From the NCBI GenBank assembly GCA_942493095.1, contig OW818675.1:1200001-1232000 (forward strand): a stretch of 32,000 nucleotides of DNA, in the 5' to 3' direction. Below are positions 24,640 through 31,105 of this stretch, piece by piece. Position 1 is the stretch's first letter, and each line of letters begins with the position of its first letter. A program made the position numbers and the translations under genes. This DNA comes from Candidatus Electronema halotolerans. GTDB taxonomy: Bacteria; Desulfobacterota; Desulfobulbia; Desulfobulbales; Desulfobulbaceae. The notes beneath the pieces were generated by a model, which was given only the letters and a program-made list of their open reading frames with translations, searched no databases and had not been told where the DNA came from.

Positions 24640-24767
24640 AGATTTTCAGTGGGCCTGCCGAGCTGTTCTGATGCTGCCAGCGGATGCACAAAAAAGTATT
24701 ATGTTCTGTATCGCATATCCTGCTTTCTGGCAACAGATTTGTTTTTCCGCAACCAACAGCTGTCTGT

Positions 24768-25997
24768 TTATTTGCGCCGGTACTCATCCGCCCGGCTGAT
24801 GATGAACTCCTGCCAGGACGGATCAGCAAAGGCATGGGCAATGGTGAAGATGTCCTTGTCGCCCCGGCCTGACATGTTGATGATGATCGCCTGCTCGCGG
24901 GACATTTTTGGAGCCTCCTTGATCGCTTGGGCAAAGGCGTGCGAGGATTCCAAGGCCGGAATAATGCCTTCCGTTTTCATGGTCAGCTGAAGCGCCTCCA
25001 ACACCTCGTCATCCGTGGCCGCCTCGAAACGCACCCGGCCTTGCTCGCCCAGATCAGCCAAGATCGGGGAAATGCCGACATAGTCCAGCCCGGCGGAAAT
25101 GGAATGCGTGTCCAGCATCTGTCCGTCGCTGTCTTGGAGAAAGCGGGTCTTATAGCCTTGGGCAATGCCCGCCGCCGCCCGATCACTTAACATGCGGCAA
25201 GCATGTTTGCCCGTATCCAAGCCCTTGCCGCCTGCTTCCACGCCGACTAATTCCACACTGTTGTCGTTCAGAAAGCCTTGGAAGATGCCCATCGCGTTGG
25301 AGCCGCCGCCGACGCAGGCATAGACCCGATCAGGCAGCGAGCCGCGCTGCTCCATGATCTGCCGCTTGGCCTCTTGGCCGATGATCGATTGGAACCAAGC
25401 CACCATTTCCGGGAAAGGATGCGGCCCGCAGACTGTGCCAAGGACGTAATGCGTCGTGTCCATACTCGCCACCCAGTCGCGGAACGCCTCGTTGATCGCG
25501 TCCTTGAGGGTGCGGGAGCCGTCTTTCACTGGCACCACAGTCGCGCCCAGCTTCTCCATCCAGAAGACATTGGGCCGCTGCCGGGCCACGTCCTCCTCAC
25601 CCATGTAAATCGTGCAGGCAAAGCCGAAGCGGGCGGCCATTGTTGCGGTGGCCACGCCGTGCTGACCCGCACCGGTCTCGGCAATGACCCGCGTCTTGCC
25701 CATGCGCTTGACGAGCAAGCCTTGCCCCATGACATTATTGGCTTTGTGCGCGCCAGTATGGTTGAGGTCTTCGCGCTTGATGTAAATCTGCGCCCCGCCG
25801 AGCTGCTTGGACAGGTTTTCCGCATAAGTCAGCGGCGTGGGCCTGCCGGAGTAGTTGGCCATCAGGTCAACATATTCCTGCCAGAAACTGGCATCAGCCC
25901 GCGCCGCTTCGTAGGCCGCGTTCAGCTCGACAAAGGTTTGATGCAGCACTTCCGGGATAAACGCCCCGCCCCATTGACCAAAGTATCCTTTTTTCAT
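24768..25997 (-). CDS. trpB: Tryptophan synthase beta chain (TrpB1-like), stand-alone with no trpA adjacent
   Basis: ATG at 25997. Motifs are GYFGQWGGAFIPEVL, YSGRPTPLTYAENL, IYIKREDLNHTGAHKANN (PLP Lys), IAETGAGQHGVATA, GGGSNAMGIF and SAGLDYVGI. Confidence 0.92.
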   Translation of the reverse strand: MKKGYFGQWGGAFIPEVLHQTFVELNAAYEAARADASFWQEYVDLMANYSGRPTPLTYAENLSKQLGGAQIYIKREDLNHTGAHKANNVMGQGLLVKRMGKTRVIAETGAGQHGVATATMAARFGFACTIYMGEEDVARQRPNVFWMEKLGATVVPVKDGSRTLKDAINEAFRDWVASMDTTHYVLGTVCGPHPFPEMVAWFQSIIGQEAKRQIMEQRGSLPDRVYACVGGGSNAMGIFQGFLNDNSVELVGVEAGGKGLDTGKHACRMLSDRAAAGIAQGYKTRFLQDSDGQMLDTHSISAGLDYVGISPILADLGEQGRVRFEAATDDEVLEALQLTMKTEGIIPALESSHAFAQAIKEAPKMSREQAIIINMSGRGDKDIFTIAHAFADPSWQEFIISRADEYRRK

Positions 25998-26470
25998 AGT
26001 TTTTCTGCACTTTTTATTGACGATTTCCTGCTCATCTGCACTTTGACGGCTTTGCCGCTCCAATCAATATTCATAATATGAACAAGAAAACTGCCTGTTG
26101 AGGAAGTGAATTCCTCGGTATAGCCATTCTCTACAGCACGATTTGCTGTTTGCTTGCCATCAGGCGCAATGGTGAGCGTGACGATCTTATATTCCTCGTT
26201 GAAGGTGATGGAAATTCTGGTTTCAGCCTCTTCAATAAACTGTGTTTGATTTTCATGAAGCGTTGCGGAAAACGGGCCGGGAAGATGCTTTGCTTCCTCA
26301 ACAGGCTGCTCTATCTTTTGCTTTTGATCGTTGAGACCAAAGAAGTCCCTCATCTCAGGCGTTGCAACCGTGAACAGCAATGCAAGTCCGCCAATAATGA
26401 AACTGATGATGAGGCCAATCAGGGCAATAAGAAAATTCTTGTCCAATTTATCGTCGTTTTCTTGCTGCAT
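25994..26470 (-). CDS. Hypothetical single-pass membrane protein (158 aa), AT-rich, translationally coupled to trpB
   Basis: ATG at 26470. The TM helix is FLIALIGLIISFIIGGLALLF and the C-terminal part is beta-rich. Its stop TGA overlaps the trpB ATG (ATGA at 25997-25994). I recognise no family. Confidence 0.55.
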   Translation of the reverse strand: MQQENDDKLDKNFLIALIGLIISFIIGGLALLFTVATPEMRDFFGLNDQKQKIEQPVEEAKHLPGPFSATLHENQTQFIEEAETRISITFNEEYKIVTLTIAPDGKQTANRAVENGYTEEFTSSTGSFLVHIMNIDWSGKAVKVQMSRKSSIKSAEKL

Positions 26471-26590
26471 TTCCGTGTTTCAATGAATCAATGCGCAGGC
26501 GGAAACCTTGCCCCGCCATGCCGCAGTAAAAGGTTACTCGATCCAAGCGAATCATGATAGGTATCACGGCACTGTCATGATACTAATCAT

Positions 26591-26598
26591 GAAACTGT
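26591..26598. repeat. Left copy of the 8-bp target-site duplication of the IS1-family element
   Basis: GAAACTGT lies directly outside the left terminal IR. An identical octamer lies at 27487-27494 directly outside the right IR. Confidence 0.8.
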
Positions 26599-27486
26599 GG
26601 TGATGGTGAACTGTGAGTGATCAATTAAACAAAAGATTATTATTATAATCTTGAATGAACCTCCAGACAGATGCAGTTAAATTTTCGATGCTTCTCGAAA
26701 ATGAAATGGTCTTTCTGACAAGTGCAGACAATCTTTGTCTGAATGTCAAATTGAGCCTTTCGATATGACTTGTTTTTCCGCTTCCTTTGCTGACAATTCT
26801 ATGCCTTTCAGCTGGAAACACGCTCGAATAAGCGGCGAGTCCATCCGTAAAAAATATTCCGTTCTTTTTGCAATCTTCAGAAAGGGAGTCCCACAAGGCG
26901 GCTGCTCCTGCATTATCTCTTTTTCCAACATGATATCCGACAATAAGCTTTGTTCTTCTCTCGACAGCAAGCCATATCCAAATATCATTTTCCTTGTCAC
27001 CAACGAAAGTCCACATTTCATCGGCTTCGATGAAGATTTTTCCGTTGCGGGACATATTGAAAGCCTCTTTTTTGACTACATTTCGTTTTTTTTTAACATA
27101 TTCCTGAAGCCATCTTTTTGAGATGGAAACGGCTCTCGCAATCCCAGCCAAGGAGATTCTTTCAACAAGAAGCTTATCAACTATGCGCCATTCAGCATCA
27201 GATATTGTTTTGTTCTGAGGATTCTCAACGAATTGACGTGAGCAGTCCTTACATAAAAATTTCTTTTTCCCATTCGCATTGGAGCCATTTTTCACAATGA
27301 CTGATGAACCACATCTTGGGCATTGCACAGCTTTCTTCTCCATGTTTGTTTTTTTCATAATGACGGCTTGACATGCGCATCCGACGAAGAGCCGATGGGA
27401 CAGAGAGCATCCCTTGCCGCCAGTATATTATATTTTCCAGCAATTTCAACATATTTTCAACCCATCACTCACGATTCACCATTACC
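26599..27486 (-). mobile_element. IS1-family insertion sequence (888 bp), single fused transposase ORF
   Basis: The terminal IRs are GGTGATGGTGAACTGTGAGTGAT (26599-26621) and the reverse complement of 27464-27486, GGTAATGGTGAATCGTGAGTGAT (20/23 identical). They start with GGTGATG/GGTAATG as in E. coli IS1. The element is flanked by the 8-bp direct repeat GAAACTGT. Confidence 0.9.
26621..27358 (-). CDS. IS1-family transposase (InsA zinc-finger/HTH part fused in frame to the InsB DDE part)
   Basis: CPRCGSSVIVKNGSNANGKKKFLCKDCSRQF gives the zinc finger and ISLAGIARAVSISKRWLQEYV gives the HTH. Catalytic-part motifs are EADEMWTFVGDKENDIWIWLAVERRT, FFTDGLAAY and SHIERLNLTFRQRLSALVRKTISFSRS. Confidence 0.9.
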   Translation of the reverse strand: MKKTNMEKKAVQCPRCGSSVIVKNGSNANGKKKFLCKDCSRQFVENPQNKTISDAEWRIVDKLLVERISLAGIARAVSISKRWLQEYVKKKRNVVKKEAFNMSRNGKIFIEADEMWTFVGDKENDIWIWLAVERRTKLIVGYHVGKRDNAGAAALWDSLSEDCKKNGIFFTDGLAAYSSVFPAERHRIVSKGSGKTSHIERLNLTFRQRLSALVRKTISFSRSIENLTASVWRFIQDYNNNLLFN

Positions 27487-27494
27487 GAAACTGT
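27487..27494. repeat. Right copy of the 8-bp target-site duplication of the IS1-family element
   Basis: GAAACTGT, identical to 26591-26598. Confidence 0.8.
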
Positions 27495-27606
27495 CGTGAT
27501 ACATATAAGAACAGTATCGCATCGAGTATCAGGACGCAAAAAGGATACTCAATCCGACTCACAACTCGATTGCCCGGCGCAGGAGACCAATCTGCTGCTG
27601 TTCTAT

Positions 27607-28554
27607 CTATCTCAGACGAATGTCACGAAATTTAACTATAAAATTGCTTCCAGCATTAGCTTCGATTTCTAACAATGAGATAAAATTGGCTTGCGGAGCT
27701 ACTCCGTCAAAACTAAGGTTTGACAGAGTTTTTATGTTAGCAACAAGAAGGCTTTCTACATTTTTTACATCTTTCTTGTTAGCTATCTGAACCCCTGATA
27801 GGGAATATTCGTTTCCGTAATTATCAAAAATTCTTGACAAAGGTCTATCTCCCCAGCCAAGTTTAATCTTCATGTCTTTTTCCTTGCTTGTTATCGATAA
27901 TGAACAAATAACTTTTTGCCCTGAAAGGCTACATCCATGTAGTTCAAAAATAAAATTATCTTTTTCTACTTTCAAAACGGCATTTTGATTAACTGTATAT
28001 TCTTTCGACGGTTCGTTATATATCCTTTCAATAGTTATCAAGTCTTTACCCAGCAGCTCGTTAATAGCCGGAGTCTTGGCAATATCCTCTTTTGCTGAAT
28101 CAATGATATCCGCAGTATCTGAATCCAGCACTTTGACCGTAAGATGCACATTATCACCAAACGGTGTCAGTGTCCCTGTCACCAGCGCATCAACCCCGGC
28201 AATCTTGCCCAGCTTCCTTGCTGTTGCCGAGTCAATTAATCCTGTTGCCGAGAGCTTGTTTTCCTTGATAATGCTCTTCAAATGAGTGCGGTCAATCACC
28301 CGGAAACCTTTGCCAGCACCTGCCAGCGCAACCGAAAACTCCTCAGCAATAAAGCGGTCAAGCTGTGTCACATTCCCTTCAAGATCAGTGAAGTCCACCA
28401 CTGCCACGGTCTTTTTGCCTTTATCGGCAATCTTCTCCGCCATTGTCGCGGACAACTGCTCAATCTCTTTTTCATATCCCCACGCCGAAGATGCCAGCAA
28501 AGCAAGCAGCATTGCCGTGCCGCAGATTGAAAACAGACGATTCTTCGTGTTCAT
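27607..28554 (-). CDS. Secreted protein with an FlgO/CsgG/LpoB-like N-terminal domain and an unrecognised beta-rich C-terminal domain
   Basis: ATG 28554 follows AAGGAGGG. The signal peptide is MNTKNRLFSICGTAMLLALLASSAWG. The N-terminal domain pattern is TVAVVDFTDLEGNVTQLDRFIAEEFSVALAGAGKGFRVIDRTHLKSIIKENKLSATGLIDSATARKLGKIAGVDALVTGTLTPFGDNVHLTVKVLD. The 3' half is markedly AT-rich. Confidence 0.7.
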   Translation of the reverse strand: MNTKNRLFSICGTAMLLALLASSAWGYEKEIEQLSATMAEKIADKGKKTVAVVDFTDLEGNVTQLDRFIAEEFSVALAGAGKGFRVIDRTHLKSIIKENKLSATGLIDSATARKLGKIAGVDALVTGTLTPFGDNVHLTVKVLDSDTADIIDSAKEDIAKTPAINELLGKDLITIERIYNEPSKEYTVNQNAVLKVEKDNFIFELHGCSLSGQKVICSLSITSKEKDMKIKLGWGDRPLSRIFDNYGNEYSLSGVQIANKKDVKNVESLLVANIKTLSNLSFDGVAPQANFISLLEIEANAGSNFIVKFRDIRLR

Positions 28555-28578
28555 AGCTATACCCTCCTTGCTATTTTT

Positions 28579-29397
28579 TCATACCTTCAGTGAAGGCTGT
28601 TCATGACAACGTCCCGCTAGTTCGGCCAACTCGGCAGCAGAAAGCCCTGATGCCTCAGCGACCAGCTCCGGCGCAATGCCCTGCCGCAGCAGCCTTGCCG
28701 CAATGAGCCGCGCTGCCGCAACTTGCCCTGCCTCAAATTCGTTCTTCCGCAGCTCCTCCTGATGATGCTCCTCAATCATCCGGGCGCGCTCCTCCGGGGA
28801 GAACTGGCTGCGCTGGATGGCGGCGAAGAGCTTCTGGATCGCGCTCTGCTGGTACAGGCTCTCGTCCACCTCCTCGTCAAGGGTGTCGTTGATGGCCCGC
28901 AGCCAGGAGCGGCACGGCTCCGGCGTGTTCTCGTCCGCATATTTCGGGCAGAGATAGATCACCTTGTGCGGAATTTCCTGCAGCGGCCTGCCTGCAAGGT
29001 CATGCGGATCAAAATCCGTCACCGCGATGTCGCACTGATGGCGGTCGCCGGAGGTGAGCACGACCACGGTATAGACAGCCAGCGGCGGGCGGTAGTTGTG
29101 CGAGCTGGCGATTTGCTCCAGCAGGGCCGCGCAGTGATAGTACAGGAAGCGGTCGTAATGATCCGAGGTGCGGGCGTGCTGAATGTCAATGATCAGCCGG
29201 TGCTGCGTGTCCTCGGCAAAGAGATCGAAGCGCGGCTTGATATAGCCGACAGGCGGATCAAATTCCTTTTCCGTCTCCACGACATCGACCGTCACTGGCA
29301 GGCCGATGACATCCTGCGCAAAGGCAGTGAATATCTCAGGATCACAGAACGCCTTCTTGAACACGACCCCGTATTTCAACGATGCGACTTTTTTCAT
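28579..29397 (-). CDS. PD-(D/E)XK nuclease family protein (PDDEXK_2 / Rpn-like 'putative transposase' family)
   Basis: N-terminus SLKYGVVFKKAFCDPEIFTAFAQDVIG. Nuclease-core candidates are RFDLFAED...RLIIDIQHA...YDRFLYYHCA (D...D/E-x-Q/K layout). The helical C-terminal tail is (AAARLIAARLLRQGIAPELVAEASGLSAAELAEL). Its ATG overlaps the upstream stop (ATGA at 29397-29394). Confidence 0.75.
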   Translation of the reverse strand: MKKVASLKYGVVFKKAFCDPEIFTAFAQDVIGLPVTVDVVETEKEFDPPVGYIKPRFDLFAEDTQHRLIIDIQHARTSDHYDRFLYYHCAALLEQIASSHNYRPPLAVYTVVVLTSGDRHQCDIAVTDFDPHDLAGRPLQEIPHKVIYLCPKYADENTPEPCRSWLRAINDTLDEEVDESLYQQSAIQKLFAAIQRSQFSPEERARMIEEHHQEELRKNEFEAGQVAAARLIAARLLRQGIAPELVAEASGLSAAELAELAGRCHEQPSLKV

Positions 29398-30965
29398 GAT
29401 TTGATGCGATTTCGGCAGGCTGCCGCAAAATCCTCTGGGAAATGGCTGCTGATGTATCGATGCTGGGCCTCGCTAAACGACCCCATTGACCACGGCAGCT
29501 TGGGCATAAAGGCATAAAGCAGCCGCTGGCCGTTGCAGATGCCGATGCGCTTGGAATATTCAACCGAAGTCACCATTCGCGCTCCCAGTTTGGCAAAAAC
29601 ATGCTGGGCCAGCAGAATGCCTTGGTCAATCGACCGGCGCACTGCTGCGTCCGCCTCCAGCACATTGCCGACCGGCTGGCTGTCCGCATCCGCAATGACC
29701 ATGAGCTGCAATTCCCACTGCGAAACCTGGGCCTTGGGCACAAAGAGCAGCACATTGGCATCCTCATGAACGATCAGGCTGCACTCCTTGTCCGAGTCTC
29801 GGTCAGGCCGCTCATTTTCCCGGATGCAGCGGAGATAGTCACGGAAAAAATCGCCGCCGCAGTCCTGCCGGTATTGTGCAATCACTGCCGCCACTTGATC
29901 GCCACAGCTGTAGGCAGGCATGGTCTTGCCGTCCGTTGTCTCCACCATCTCTGGCGTGAGCGCATACTGCTGATGAATCATCTGATGCGAGGCATGGAGC
30001 CGACAGCCGGACCCGGAAAAATCATAGCCAAAATTCCAGCCCCAGAGCGTGGCCGGATGCGGGCCGCTCTGTGCTGCTGCCAGCACTTGTTTCCGCAGCG
30101 ATTCCAGCTCGTCTTCAGTCAAGCTGCGCTGCGGCAATTCTGGCCGCAGCCCGAACTGTTCTGCCAAAACCACGATCATGCGCTGATAATAGAGATGGCG
30201 CAGGCCCCGCATGTCGGTCAGGCTCAGATCAGCGGTGCAATAGCGGACTGCGTCATGAGCCATGTTGGCCGCGTAATGACCCCAAGGAATATATGAATTG
30301 CGGCGCAGGTACTCGAAAACATGCGTTTCCTCTTGGGCAAAGCGACCGACAATCTCGCTGCCGCCCTGCACGCCGGGCCGCAGAACCATGACTTCCTTCC
30401 AGCGGCTTGGCAGATGCGGGTTGTTGGCAATGGTTTCAAACAGCTCAAAATCGTCAATGTCGGCCTTGCCGGGCCGCAGATAGCGCAGGCCAATCGGCTC
30501 ACCATCGGCATCAAACTCCATCCGGCAGCAGTCTTTGGCCAGCAGCACCAGCTCTGCCGGGTCAGTCGAATTGGCAGCAAGAGCGTATTTGAGCGGCAGG
30601 GGCAGGCGGCTGATCATGCTCTGCCGCTCTGTGTCATTCAAATCAAGCGACTGGGCCAGCGAGCAGTCCGGCGGCGGCGCAATCCTGATCATGCTTGGAT
30701 CAGCGGCCCGCGCCGCCGCCCAGCCAGAGTCAATATAGGTCGCGCCAAGAAAGGGAAAAGCATTGGGAATTTCGTAAATCCAGCGGCCTGCCTGCTCCTC
30801 CACATCGCCGGGCGGAAAATTGGCCTGATTGACAACAGCGGCCTCATTCGGCAGACTGCCAAGGCGGAGGAAAAAATCCTGGTCGCGCAAATTGCGGACA
30901 CGATAGCTGGGCCGGTGCAGGCCGACTTTGAATTTGCCCGTTGATGTCACACAGGTTTTCAGCAT
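29394..30965 (-). CDS. Conserved-looking hypothetical protein (523 aa); the C-terminal ~320 aa may adopt a GalT/HIT-superfamily-like double half-barrel (speculative)
   Basis: Uninterrupted 523-aa ORF with protein-like composition. The motif WGWNFGYDFSGSGCRLHASHQMIHQQ resembles the N.G...G.S..H.H.Q nucleotidyl-transfer motif region of GalT. LIVHEDANVLLFVPKAQVSQWELQLMV and ...SHFPEDFAAACR resemble the second GalT half-barrel. None of this is verified. Confidence 0.7.
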   Translation of the reverse strand: MLKTCVTSTGKFKVGLHRPSYRVRNLRDQDFFLRLGSLPNEAAVVNQANFPPGDVEEQAGRWIYEIPNAFPFLGATYIDSGWAAARAADPSMIRIAPPPDCSLAQSLDLNDTERQSMISRLPLPLKYALAANSTDPAELVLLAKDCCRMEFDADGEPIGLRYLRPGKADIDDFELFETIANNPHLPSRWKEVMVLRPGVQGGSEIVGRFAQEETHVFEYLRRNSYIPWGHYAANMAHDAVRYCTADLSLTDMRGLRHLYYQRMIVVLAEQFGLRPELPQRSLTEDELESLRKQVLAAAQSGPHPATLWGWNFGYDFSGSGCRLHASHQMIHQQYALTPEMVETTDGKTMPAYSCGDQVAAVIAQYRQDCGGDFFRDYLRCIRENERPDRDSDKECSLIVHEDANVLLFVPKAQVSQWELQLMVIADADSQPVGNVLEADAAVRRSIDQGILLAQHVFAKLGARMVTSVEYSKRIGICNGQRLLYAFMPKLPWSMGSFSEAQHRYISSHFPEDFAAACRNRIKS

Positions 30966-31105
30966 GGCGGTGGTCCGGCAGTTGACGGAAAGGAACAGAT
31001 TGACGGAAAAACGTTGCGCGCTGGAAAAAATTCAGGTCATAATAGACTATATAATATGATTTTTCACCTCATTTTCAGCTCCGCCGCAGAGCGCGCCGCC
31101 AAGCT

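Noticed and set aside
23989-24990. 333-aa plus-strand ORF, with similar ones at 23789-24448, 25278-26081, 28723-29517, 29601-30296, 30321-30944, 15424-16113, 12361-13071, 6027-6884, 4495-5157, 2381-3133, 306-725 and 18627-19124
   Set aside because: All are antisense shadows of genes with clear family motifs (histidine kinase, trpB, PDDEXK_2, the 523-aa gene, apgM, DUF1566, PDT-TyrA, the zinc-ribbon gene, the DVU0298-like gene, rlmB and the E2-like gene). Their translations are Arg/Ala/Gly/Ser-biased with no recognisable domains.
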